Part shown: positions 8,262 to 17,506 of the stretch, piece by piece
Layout: every line of letters begins with the position of its first letter
Position numbering within the stretch: position 1 is the stretch's first letter
Assembly (NCBI RefSeq): GCF_003317055.1
Contig: NZ_QNRX01000001.1
Span: 93,641 to 125,640 of the forward strand
DNA: 32,000 nucleotides
Origin: Alkalibaculum bacchi
Lineage (GTDB): Bacteria; Bacillota; Clostridia; Eubacteriales; Alkalibacteraceae
Direction: 5' to 3'
The notes under the pieces: generated by a model
What the model was told of the DNA's origin: nothing
The model's input: the letters and a program-made list of their open reading frames with translations, nothing else
Database searches by the model: none
Translations under genes and position numbers: made by a program

Positions 8262-8445
8262 TAAAAAACCAGCTCTCAATTACTCAAGGGCTGGTTTTAT
8301 ACTAACTTAATATTAACGTAAGTCAAATATTAATCCTCTCTCATCCAGACTTTACTGTCGGTCTTGGAATTGCACCAAGTCAACCTAAAAAGGCTCGCGG
8401 ACTTTACCGCCGGTCGGGAATTGCACCCTGCCCTGAGAATTTAAT
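8262..8445 (-). ncRNA. FMN (RFN) riboswitch with intrinsic terminator
   Basis: The minus strand reads TTCTCAGGGCAGGGTGCAATTCCCGACCGGCGGTAAAGTCCGCGAGCC...GGTTGACTTGGTGCAATTCCAAGACCGACAGTAAAGTCTGGATGAGAGAG, which matches the RFN consensus. A CCAGCCCTT...AGAGCTGG hairpin plus a T-run follows at 8262-8296. Confidence 0.9.
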
Positions 8446-8462
8446 TATTCTTTTATGAGATA

Positions 8463-8491
8463 ACTATAACATACTCGGCATAAGAGTGCAA
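8463..8491 (-). promoter_or_regulatory. Sigma-A type promoter for the FMN riboswitch-ribU transcript
   Basis: On the minus strand, TTGCAC (8491-8486) is followed by a 17-nt spacer and TGtTATAGT (-10 at 8468-8463). Confidence 0.5.
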
Positions 8492-8500
8492 TGCCTTTTT

Positions 8501-8599
8501 AACTATAGTCGAACGGTTGTTTTTTAACAGTAGTTAAACCATTGTTGAACAGTCGCTAGACAGTAGTCAAACAATGGCTTAACCATAGTTTAACTATCG
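8501..8599 (+). repeat. 11-nt periodic array (9 units, consensus about TTnAACnrTnG)
   Basis: The units are aactatagtcg aacggttgttt tttaacagtag ttaaaccattg ttgaacagtcg ctagacagtag tcaaacaatgg cttaaccatag tttaactatcg. The array lies between the tex stop and the ribU promoter. Confidence 0.8.
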
Positions 8600-8604
8600 T
8601 CCCA

Positions 8605-10758
8605 CTATTGCTCTTCTTTCATACTAAGTGAAATTCGTCCTCTCTCTACGTCTACTCCTATGACTCTTACTTTGACAATATCGCCTACTGCCACTACATC
8701 CATAGGGTTTCTGACAAATTTATCGCTTAATTGTGAAATGTGCACTAATCCATCTTGATGTACTCCTATATCTACAAAAGCGCCAAAGTCAATTACATTA
8801 CGTACAGTTCCTGTCAGTACCATACCTTCTTTAAGGTCTTTTACTTCCATTACTTCTGTCTTAAAGATTGGTCTATCGAATTCATCTCGAGGATCCCTTC
8901 CTGGTTTTTGAATTTCTTTTAGGATATCCACAAGGGTTAGCTTTCCAATGGACAAATCATTAGAGAACTGTTCTATATTTACCTTACTAAAGGCTTTACC
9001 TATTTCAGAATATTTTGTTCGTATATCTTCAATTTTATAATTGAAATGATCTAAAAGCCTTATTGCATCTTCATAAGATTCTGGATGCACGGCAGTATTA
9101 TCTAAGGGATTTTCGCCTTCTGAAATCCTTAAAAAGCCTGCCGCTTGTTCAAAAGCCTTGTCCCCAATTTTTTTTACCTTTTTTATGGTAGCTCTATTTG
9201 TAAAAGGACCATTTTCTCTTCTATATTCAATAATATTTTGAGCAGTTGTATTGTTAAGACCAGAAATATTTTTTAAGAGAGACACAGACGCTGTATTAAT
9301 ATCTACTCCAACGCTGTTCACCACGTCTTCAATGACTCCATCTAATGATTTTTGAAGCTCTTTTTGATTTACATCGTGTTGATATTGTCCTACTCCTATG
9401 TGCTTTGGATCGATCTTTACCAATTCAGCTAAGGGATCTTGTAATCTTCTAGCAATAGAAATAGCTCCTCTTAAAGATACATTGATATCTGGAAATTCTT
9501 CATTGGCTAATTTTGATGCAGAATATACAGATGCCCCTGCTTCATTGACTACTAGGTATTCTACTTTTAAATTGTTCTTCTTAATAAAACCTGCCACAAT
9601 GATTTCTGATTCCCTAGAAGCCGTTCCATTTCCTATAGCAATTAATGTAATAGCGTGGTTTTTGACAAGGCGTAAAAGGGTCTTTTCAGATTCTTCAATC
9701 TTATTCTCAGGAGCAGTAGGATAGATCGTAGCCGTATCTAAAAGTTCTCCAAATTCATCTACTACAGCTAGCTTGCAACCTGTACGAAAGGCTGGATCAA
9801 AGCCTAAAACCACCCGACCTTTTACTGGTGGCTGCAATAAATAGTTCTTTAAATTAGTGGCAAATACCTTTATAGCTTCTTTTTCCGCTACTTCAGTAAG
9901 GGTAGAACGGATTTCTCGCTCTATTGAAGGAAAAATAAGTCTCTTATAAGAGTCTTTTATAGCATCTATCATAAATTGATTTGTGTGTTCATTTAAGAGT
10001 TTGCTGTTTAAATACTGCAAAATTCTTTCTTCATCCATCTGAACCTTTACATTCAGTATGCCTTTTTTCTCTCCACGATTCGTTGCTAGTACTCGATGAT
10101 TTGCAATTTTATTTACTTTTTCAGAGAAATCGTAGTACATCTCAAATTCTGTGATCTCTTCCTGCGATTTCTTCGAGTAAGTGGATGTAAGAAAACCATA
10201 TTCAAAGACGAATTCACGAATCTTTTTACGATACTCAGCCTCATCAGATATATCCTCAGCTATAATATCCATAGCTTTGATTACAGCGTCTTCTCCAGTT
10301 TCAATTTTCTTTTCAAGATCAATGTATTTCTTACCTTCTTGAAGAATCTCTTCATCTGTGGATATTTGCAGTCGAATAAGCGTAGCGAGTGGCTCTAAAC
10401 CTAATTCTCTAGCTATAACGGCCCTAGTCTTTCGTTTTTGCTTATACGGAAGGTATAAATCCTCAACTTCTTGGAGGATTCCCGCCATTTCGATTTTTTT
10501 AGTTAGTCCATCTGTCAATTTACCCTGGTTTTCAATAGAACGGAGGACTTCTTCTTTTCGTTTTTCTAAATGCCTTAAATACATTAATCTTTCATCTAAT
10601 TCACGAAGAGTAACATCATCTAAATTTCCAGTGGCTTCCTTGCGATATCTAGCAATAAAAGGAATCGTATTTCCCTCGTCGATGAGATGAATTGTAGTCT
10701 CGACTTGATTTCTTTTTATATTAAATTCTTTTGTAATTTGTTCTATAATCTTATTCAA
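8605..10758 (-). CDS. tex: Transcription accessory protein Tex (S1 RNA-binding domain protein)
   Basis: The 717-aa product has a Tex N-terminal region (IPFIARYRKEATG), a YqgF/RuvC-like middle region, HhH motifs and a C-terminal S1 domain (GTVRNVIDFGAFVDIG). Confidence 0.9.
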   Translation of the reverse strand: MNKIIEQITKEFNIKRNQVETTIHLIDEGNTIPFIARYRKEATGNLDDVTLRELDERLMYLRHLEKRKEEVLRSIENQGKLTDGLTKKIEMAGILQEVEDLYLPYKQKRKTRAVIARELGLEPLATLIRLQISTDEEILQEGKKYIDLEKKIETGEDAVIKAMDIIAEDISDEAEYRKKIREFVFEYGFLTSTYSKKSQEEITEFEMYYDFSEKVNKIANHRVLATNRGEKKGILNVKVQMDEERILQYLNSKLLNEHTNQFMIDAIKDSYKRLIFPSIEREIRSTLTEVAEKEAIKVFATNLKNYLLQPPVKGRVVLGFDPAFRTGCKLAVVDEFGELLDTATIYPTAPENKIEESEKTLLRLVKNHAITLIAIGNGTASRESEIIVAGFIKKNNLKVEYLVVNEAGASVYSASKLANEEFPDINVSLRGAISIARRLQDPLAELVKIDPKHIGVGQYQHDVNQKELQKSLDGVIEDVVNSVGVDINTASVSLLKNISGLNNTTAQNIIEYRRENGPFTNRATIKKVKKIGDKAFEQAAGFLRISEGENPLDNTAVHPESYEDAIRLLDHFNYKIEDIRTKYSEIGKAFSKVNIEQFSNDLSIGKLTLVDILKEIQKPGRDPRDEFDRPIFKTEVMEVKDLKEGMVLTGTVRNVIDFGAFVDIGVHQDGLVHISQLSDKFVRNPMDVVAVGDIVKVRVIGVDVERGRISLSMKEEQ

Positions 10759-10776
10759 ATAGTAAAACTCCTTTTT

Positions 10777-10891
10777 TAGTCTCTAGTCAATAGTCATTAG
10801 TCACTAGCTTGCATGTATTCCTTTTGAGTCTTATATGCTACCTTCGGGTAACTAAGTGCTAGAGACTAGGGTCTAATGACTAAAGACTAGC
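10777..10891 (+). repeat. Mosaic intergenic element copy I (long hairpin with heptamer arms)
   Basis: The left arm is TAGTCTC TAGTCAA TAGTCAT TAGTCAC TAGC (10777-10808). The right arm GTGCTAGAGACTAGGGTCTAATGACTAAAGACTAGC (10856-10891) is its imperfect complement. The loop carries GTATTCCTTTTGAGTC and GCTACCttcgGGTAAC. Confidence 0.8.
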
Positions 10892-11978
10892 TTTGAGGTA
10901 TTCATTTATAAATAGCTCCAAATCCCCGTCCATAACAGCTTGCACATTTCCCGTTTCTGCATTCGTGCGATGGTCCTTGACCATGCTGTACGGATGGAAT
11001 ACATAGGACCTGATTTGATTTCCCCAAGCAATTTGTCCGTATTCTCCTTGGATATCTTCTATTTTTTCTTTGTGTTCTCTCTCTTTGATTTCTACAAGCT
11101 TACTTAATAGCATTTTCATAGCTGTCTCTCTATTTTGAATCTGAGAGCGTTCGTTTTGGCATTGAACGACGATGCCTGTAGGGATATGAGTAATTCGAAT
11201 AGCCGATTCCGTTTTATTGACGTGTTGACCACCTGCCCCACTAGATCTATAGGTATCGATTCTTAAATCATCGGTATTTATCTCTATATTACTATCTTCT
11301 TCTATTTGAGGTGTAATATCTACAGAGGCAAAGGATGTATGCCTTCTACCGGAAGCATCAAAAGGAGAAATTCGAACTAATCGATGTACACCTTTTTCAC
11401 TTTTTAAATACCCATAGGCATTATTCCCCTCTATTGATACTGTTACACTTTTTATTCCAGCTTCATCCCCTGGTTGATAATCTAAAGTTGTAACTTTAAA
11501 GCCTTTCTTTTCCGCCCATCTCAAGTACATTCTAAGGAGCATTTCAGCCCAGTCGTGAGACTCTGTCCCTCCAGCGCCAGGGTGTATGGAGAATATCACA
11601 TCATTAGCATCGTACTCACCACTTAATAGAGTTTCTAGATTAAATTCTTCAATAGCTTTTTCTAGTTCGTCCATAGAAGATTTCAAATCTTCCTCTAAAT
11701 CCTTATCTTCGCTTTCTTCTATTAATTCTATTAGTAAGCTAATATCCTCTAATTTGCTCTCAAGTCCAGCAACTTTTTCCCATTTATCTTTAAGAGCGCT
11801 AGATTGCTTTAGTATTTTTTTTGCATTTTCCTGATCATTCCAAAAGTCAGGAGCATTCATTTTTTGCTCTAACTCATCAATTTCAAATTTTATCTTTGAC
11901 AAGTCAAAGTGAATCCCTCAATTCTTTAAATATTTCATTTGCTTCTTTATATCTACTTTTATACTCCTGTATATCCAT
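10880..11978 (-). CDS. prfB: Peptide chain release factor 2, requiring a programmed +1 frameshift
   Basis: ORF0 reads [24 protein letters not shown] and ends at the in-frame TGA 11906-11904. The +1 frame continues as [14 protein letters not shown]... and carries SPF and [11 protein letters not shown] motifs. Confidence 0.9.
11903..11921 (-). promoter_or_regulatory. prfB +1 frameshift site (SD-like GAGGGA, then CTT TGA C)
   Basis: The minus strand reads TTGAGGGATTCACTTTGAC. This is the classical RF2 autoregulatory shift site. Confidence 0.85.
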
Positions 11979-11991
11979 ACTTTTTCACCTC

Positions 11992-14499
11992 TTATAGATT
12001 ATTTCCACAGCATCGCTTATACTTCTTGCCACTACCGCAAGGGCAAGGGTCATTTCTTCCAACCTTGTCTTTATTGACAATAGGCTTATTTACCTTTTCG
12101 TCTTTATTGGTCGTCACCTGAGACAAATCTGTAGCTTCCCTTTGTTCTACTTTGTCCTTTCTTACATCAATATGGAACAAATACTTTACAGTATCTTCTT
12201 GAATGCTTTGATTCATCTGTTCGAACATATCAAAGCCCTCTTTGGTATAAGCAACAACTGGGTCTATCTGGCCATAAGCTCTTAGTCCAATTCCCTGTCT
12301 CAATTGATCCATATTGTCGATATGATCCATCCATTTGCTATCTACAACTCTCAATAAGACTACTCTTTCAAGCTCTTTCATCTGGTCTATACCTATTTCT
12401 GCAATTTTTGCTTCATAGGCTTTTAAAGCTTTATCCATTAAAGCTTCTTTTATCTCATCTTGAGTAATATCATTCTCTTCAAATGTCAGAGTGCCCTTTT
12501 CTAAAAATATAGATTCACAATGTTCTACTAATCCCTTTAGGTCCCACTCATCTGTATGTTGACTAAAACCAGTATATATGCTGATGCTGTCATCGATAAG
12601 CCCCTCTAACATCTTTAGGATTTGCTCGTGCACATCTTGTCCTTCTAATACAGACCTTCTCTGAGAATAGATGATTTTTCTCTGCTTATTCATGACATCA
12701 TCATATTGTAAGACATGCTTTCTGATACCAAAGTTTTTGCCTTCTACTTTCTTTTGAGCATTTTCGATACCCTTGGTCAGCATTCGATGTTCTATTGGAA
12801 CATCTTCCTCTAAACCAATAGTGTCTACTAATCCTAAGATTCTTTCCGATCCAAATAATCTCATTAGATCGTCTTCGAAGGAAATAAAGAATTGTGAAGA
12901 ACCTGGATCCCCCTGCCTTGCAGCACGACCTCTTAATTGATTATCAATTCTTCTACTTTCATGTCTTTCTGTACCTATAATGTGTAAACCGCCTAGTGAT
13001 TTTACTTCTGAATCTAAGACAATGTCCGTACCTCTACCTGCCATATTTGTAGAGATGGTAACGGCATTTTTTTGTCCTGCATTACTAACGATTTCAGCTT
13101 CTTTCTCGTGGTATTTTGCATTTAATACTTCATGTTTTATGCCTCGTTTTTTTAACATGCTACTTAATTCTTCTGATTTTTCAATAGAAATGGTACCCAC
13201 TAATATTGGCTGACCTGTTTTATGCCTTCTTTCAATTTCATCCACTACTGCTTTAAACTTAGCTTTTTCAGATTTGTAAAAGGCATCATTAATATCTTTA
13301 CGAATCATATCTTTATTTGTTGGAATGGACAATACATCCATATTATAAATAGATTTAAATTCTTCTTCCTCTGTTTTAGCTGTACCTGTCATACCGCTGA
13401 GCTTCTCATACATTCTAAAATAATTTTGAAAGGTAATTGTCGCAAGAGTTTTAGATTCCCTTTCTACTTTTACATTTTCCTTAGCTTCTATAGCTTGATG
13501 AAGCCCATTACTATACCTTCGCCCCTCCATAAGTCGCCCAGTAAATTCGTCGACGATGACAACTTGACCATTTTGTACTACATAATCTTTATCCCGTTTC
13601 ATAGAATACACTGCTTTTAAGGCTTGATTAATATGATGAGACAATTCCATATTTTCCATATCCGCTAAGTTCTCTATACCGAATTGTTTTTCTGCTTTTT
13701 CAACTCCATTTTCTGTCAATGTTACTGAATCAGCCTTTTCGTCAATGGCATAATCTTCTTCTTCTTTTAATCTCTTTACAAAGCTGTCTACGATATTGTA
13801 GAGCTTTGTACTCTTATCTCCACTTCCTGAAATAATAAGAGGAGTTCTAGCTTCATCAATTAATATACTATCCACTTCATCCACAACAGCATAGTGAAGT
13901 TTTCTCTGCACCATTTGTTCTAAGTGGACCACCATATTATCTCTTAAATAATCAAAGCCAAATTCATTGTTTGTCCCATAAGTGATATCTGCACCGTAAG
14001 CTACTTTTTTTTCTGCAGAAGTCATTCCATGTACGACTAAACCTACTTTTAGCCCTAAAAATTCATGGAGTTTACCCATCCATTCACTATCTCTTTGAGC
14101 TAAATAGCTATTGACCGTAACAATGTGCACTCCTTTTCCTGAAAGGGCATTTAAATAAGCTGGAAGGGTAGACACAAGAGTTTTACCTTCACCTGTCTTC
14201 ATCTCTGCAATATTTCCTTGATGAAGAACAATTCCACCGAGCAATTGAACTGGAAAATGCTTCATCCCTAGAACTCGGTCTCCAGCTTCTCTAACGACAG
14301 CAAATGCCTCTACTAGAAGGTCATCTTCACTTTCCCCATTAAGAAGCCTGCTTTTAAACTCACTCGTTTTATCCTTTAGCGCTTCATCCGTAAGCTTTTT
14401 CATTTCTTCGTCTAAATCAATAATTTTATCAACAGTTTTCATTAATCTCTTTACTTCTTTTGCATCTAAATCACCAAATATTTTTTTTAGCAATGACAT
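11992..14499 (-). CDS. secA: Preprotein translocase ATPase SecA
   Basis: The 835-aa product has MKTGEGKT and [19 protein letters not shown] motifs and a C-terminal zinc finger ([14 protein letters not shown]). Confidence 0.95.
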   Translation of the reverse strand: MSLLKKIFGDLDAKEVKRLMKTVDKIIDLDEEMKKLTDEALKDKTSEFKSRLLNGESEDDLLVEAFAVVREAGDRVLGMKHFPVQLLGGIVLHQGNIAEMKTGEGKTLVSTLPAYLNALSGKGVHIVTVNSYLAQRDSEWMGKLHEFLGLKVGLVVHGMTSAEKKVAYGADITYGTNNEFGFDYLRDNMVVHLEQMVQRKLHYAVVDEVDSILIDEARTPLIISGSGDKSTKLYNIVDSFVKRLKEEEDYAIDEKADSVTLTENGVEKAEKQFGIENLADMENMELSHHINQALKAVYSMKRDKDYVVQNGQVVIVDEFTGRLMEGRRYSNGLHQAIEAKENVKVERESKTLATITFQNYFRMYEKLSGMTGTAKTEEEEFKSIYNMDVLSIPTNKDMIRKDINDAFYKSEKAKFKAVVDEIERRHKTGQPILVGTISIEKSEELSSMLKKRGIKHEVLNAKYHEKEAEIVSNAGQKNAVTISTNMAGRGTDIVLDSEVKSLGGLHIIGTERHESRRIDNQLRGRAARQGDPGSSQFFISFEDDLMRLFGSERILGLVDTIGLEEDVPIEHRMLTKGIENAQKKVEGKNFGIRKHVLQYDDVMNKQRKIIYSQRRSVLEGQDVHEQILKMLEGLIDDSISIYTGFSQHTDEWDLKGLVEHCESIFLEKGTLTFEENDITQDEIKEALMDKALKAYEAKIAEIGIDQMKELERVVLLRVVDSKWMDHIDNMDQLRQGIGLRAYGQIDPVVAYTKEGFDMFEQMNQSIQEDTVKYLFHIDVRKDKVEQREATDLSQVTTNKDEKVNKPIVNKDKVGRNDPCPCGSGKKYKRCCGNNL

Positions 14500-14635
14500 A
14501 TTTACACCTCTTTGTTAGGATTATGTTTTAGTTGGATTTGTAAGTTTTTTATTGCTTATCCATACTGCAATAATCTTAATGAATTCAATTCTAAGCCTGC
14601 AGCTATTTATGCAATTTTCTGTTCAGATAGTATAT

Positions 14636-14672
14636 CATAAAAAAGACTTGTTTACATTACAAGTCTTTTTTC
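14636..14672 (-). terminator. Intrinsic terminator overlapping the stop codon of the 14657-16012 gene
   Basis: AAGACTTGT-aatgtaa-ACAAGTCTT forms the stem, with T-runs on both sides. Confidence 0.65.
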
Positions 14673-16012
14673 CAAAAGTTAATTTTTTTACCACCAACAG
14701 TAATCTCAACCAAAGTATATCCTTCGGCTTTCCTTTTTTTCATTTTTTTCATCAATTCAATTCTGTCACTATCCGTAAGATTTTGAAGCATATGGTTCTC
14801 CTCTTGAGGCCTTTCTCCTTTATCTTGCAAATCAATATGGGATAGCTCTAATTCTTCTATATTATTATCCTCAGTATCATTGACCTTTACAGATTCTTCT
14901 CGGTTTACTTCTTCATGATGAATAGGTAATTGGTAATTAGGATTTTTCTTGATTTTACCATCTACAATGATAAACTGATTTGTAGTATCAATTTCTTCAT
15001 AATTCGTTTCTTGTTTTTCTTTATACGGATTCAAATCAACTTGAGGTGTTTCATCTACTAATGGCTCATTTTCCTCAATATTATTCATTTGATCAATATC
15101 TTCCTTTTCTATTTCTATAGTATCTTCTTTTTCTTGGTTGTTTGTACTATCAAATTCCATCAAATCATCTTGAGAAGATTCATCTTCTTGCCAAGGCATA
15201 ACCACTGTAGCATCATTTAGGGTAATTTCCTCTCCTACGCTTTGCTCCTCTTGGACACTTGTTGCTTTGCTCGTATTTAAGACAATTGTTTCTTGGCTAT
15301 GACCTTCTATATCTTGTTCTACCTCTATTGCCGTCTCTCCTTTTGCAGAGTTGATTTTTTGTTCAAACAACAGCATTTCTTCTAGGGAGTCCATAGGCTT
15401 AAAATTTTCATAGCAGCTATTCTCTTCTTCTCCCTCGTCTATCTCATCTCGATCTTCTGAAAAAATCATAAGAGATTGAAGTAAACCAAAAATTCCGACA
15501 AACATAACGATATCACCAATACTGTAAATATTGTTAAACAAACTCAGCGCTTTCGGTAAACCAAAAGGTATAATATCTGCCAAAATTCCCAGCAAAGTAC
15601 TTGGCTCCAATAACTGATGGGTTCCTACTTTAGCCATCAATAATTCGGACAGGGCAGTAGCATCTAAGCCTATTTTTTCTGCAGCATCTAGTGACACGGG
15701 CATTCTTCCTCCGTTTAAGAAAATCACTATAAAATTGAGTACAATTCCTAAAGTAACGAGAATAAACCACTTGTTATCAAAATTACCCATTAAGCCAGCA
15801 AATAGAATAATGTAGCTGACAAAATGAATTAAAACATCATAATTTTGAACAATCTCTATATTGTATTTATAAGCAAAATAAATGCCTATTTGCATAACAA
15901 ATGACAATAAAATCAATGGCACAAGTTTTATTTTATAATGCATTAAATTCTTTAGACTACCTTTTTTTATATATCCAAATATAATCGCAAGAGTAAATAC
16001 AGCAATAATCAT
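14657..16012 (-). CDS. Membrane protein (DUF5317-like N-terminal domain) with a long acidic C-terminal extension
   Basis: The N-terminal ~190 aa is multi-pass hydrophobic (MIIAVFTLAIIFGYIKKGSLKNL...). About 260 aa of D/E/Q-rich low-complexity sequence follows. It overlaps the upstream HD-GYP gene by 4 nt. Confidence 0.6.
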   Translation of the reverse strand: MIIAVFTLAIIFGYIKKGSLKNLMHYKIKLVPLILLSFVMQIGIYFAYKYNIEIVQNYDVLIHFVSYIILFAGLMGNFDNKWFILVTLGIVLNFIVIFLNGGRMPVSLDAAEKIGLDATALSELLMAKVGTHQLLEPSTLLGILADIIPFGLPKALSLFNNIYSIGDIVMFVGIFGLLQSLMIFSEDRDEIDEGEEENSCYENFKPMDSLEEMLLFEQKINSAKGETAIEVEQDIEGHSQETIVLNTSKATSVQEEQSVGEEITLNDATVVMPWQEDESSQDDLMEFDSTNNQEKEDTIEIEKEDIDQMNNIEENEPLVDETPQVDLNPYKEKQETNYEEIDTTNQFIIVDGKIKKNPNYQLPIHHEEVNREESVKVNDTEDNNIEELELSHIDLQDKGERPQEENHMLQNLTDSDRIELMKKMKKRKAEGYTLVEITVGGKKINFWKKDL

Positions 16013-17268
16013 ATTTTGAACCTACCTTTATTATATAATACTAAAAATTTATCCACTACAAAGGGATCTAATTTTTTACCGGACTCGTCTTTTATTATAT
16101 CAATGGCTTGTCTATTTGTCATGGCTTTTCTATAAGGTCTATCTGTAGTTAGAGCATCGTATATATCCGCTACAGAAATAATCCTTGCCTCTAAAGGGAT
16201 CTCTTTTCCTTTTAACCCATTAGGATACCCTGTTCCATCATACCCTTCATGATGTGATTGAATGAATGTTGTGGCCATTTTTAAAAAGCTAATACCATCA
16301 AGGATATTGACGCTTTTTTGAGGATGTTGTTTTATGGCTTCATATTCTTCCTCTGTAAGCCCTCCAGGTTTATGTAAGATGCTATCTTCTACTCCTATCT
16401 TGCCTATGTCGTGAAAAATTGCAGCGTATTGAAGCTGCTGTATATCTACTTTTGAATGACCTATTTCGTTAGCAATCATAATAGAGTACTTTTCTACCCT
16501 CTCTGAATGACCTTTTGTATAAGGATCTTTTTCTTCTAGGGCAGAAGATAATGCCTTGATAGTGGACAAATAATTTGCCTGCATATCGTACACTAATTTA
16601 AAAGAATATCGTATAAGCATATAAGGAAAAAAGAGAATCAAGACCATTTCTATCCCAGTTTTTTGGTAGGTCATAACGATGATAATGCTGACTGTAGATA
16701 ATCCAAAGAAATTTGGAATAACGCCCTTAAAGTTCTCTCTAAATAGAAGTATTGGGTCAGCTTCCGAACTTACTATCATAAATGTCGTAATCAACATTAC
16801 ATCCATTAGGATATACAATATACCTGAAATGAACATGGGTATAATAGAACCTTGTTTGAATTCTAAGCCCTGGTTTAAATATATAAAGAGCAATGAGGAC
16901 AACCCGCTACTAATAATATAAGCATTTAAATTACCTAGGGTTTTATACCATGAAATATTAAAAAAATATTTTACTTCTCCATCCATCTTATATACTGAAA
17001 ACAAAATACTAGCAATAGCACAGAGTAAACCTTCGCTAGGTCCAAATAATATGGCTACAGATAAGACAATGCCAAAAGTGAGGGTCACACCGCCTTTATT
17101 AGGCGTGAAAATAACCACCGATTCTGTAATAATTGCAAATACAATAAATAACAACAAATGAAAATTAAAATTTATAGGAAATTCTTTAAAAATAATGAAA
17201 GAAAGAATGACTGAAATAATGCTTAGGCCTAATAATATATGTAATGTTATTGCATTGACTTTTCTCAT
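16009..17268 (-). CDS. Membrane-anchored HD-GYP domain protein (probable c-di-GMP phosphodiesterase)
   Basis: About 7 TM segments are followed by HSERV...HDIGK...HHEGYDGTGYP. The start is set at the ATG at 17268, preceded by AAGGAG. The longer ORF up to 17298 begins inside an inverted repeat. Confidence 0.85.
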   Translation of the reverse strand: MRKVNAITLHILLGLSIISVILSFIIFKEFPINFNFHLLLFIVFAIITESVVIFTPNKGGVTLTFGIVLSVAILFGPSEGLLCAIASILFSVYKMDGEVKYFFNISWYKTLGNLNAYIISSGLSSLLFIYLNQGLEFKQGSIIPMFISGILYILMDVMLITTFMIVSSEADPILLFRENFKGVIPNFFGLSTVSIIIVMTYQKTGIEMVLILFFPYMLIRYSFKLVYDMQANYLSTIKALSSALEEKDPYTKGHSERVEKYSIMIANEIGHSKVDIQQLQYAAIFHDIGKIGVEDSILHKPGGLTEEEYEAIKQHPQKSVNILDGISFLKMATTFIQSHHEGYDGTGYPNGLKGKEIPLEARIISVADIYDALTTDRPYRKAMTNRQAIDIIKDESGKKLDPFVVDKFLVLYNKGRFKI

Positions 17269-17333
17269 GTAAATCTCCTTATATATTAAAGCCGGCATAC
17301 TTTTATGTAATTTTGTTTAAACGATTTTGTGTA

Positions 17334-17414
17334 TTAGCACCATTTGACGCCAGCGCCGCCAGCTACAAATAAAGTCATGATAACCAAAAGTACTTGGATT
17401 ATTTTAGCCTTCAT
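17334..17414 (-). CDS. Candidate 26-aa hydrophobic micro-protein (MKAKIIQVLLVIMTLFVAGGAGVKWC)
   Basis: The ATG at 17414 is preceded by AAGGGGG with a 7-nt spacing. The product has a single predicted TM helix. It lies on the same strand directly upstream of the HD-GYP operon and falls below the ORF-track size cut-off. Confidence 0.45.
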   Translation of the reverse strand: MKAKIIQVLLVIMTLFVAGGAGVKWC

Positions 17415-17506
17415 GTAAATGCCCCCTTATATAAATAATGGGACTGTTTTCCGCTAAATAAAACAATCTAATCCGCTTCGCTCAAAAGTATGCCAGCCTT
17501 AATTTC

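Noticed and set aside
13222-13620. 132-aa plus-strand ORF, along with the other 60-110-aa ORFs listed inside tex, secA, the MetH-like gene, asrA/B, the FNT gene and so on
   Set aside because: All lie antisense within long, well-supported genes and have skewed, low-complexity compositions typical of shadow ORFs in AT-rich DNA.
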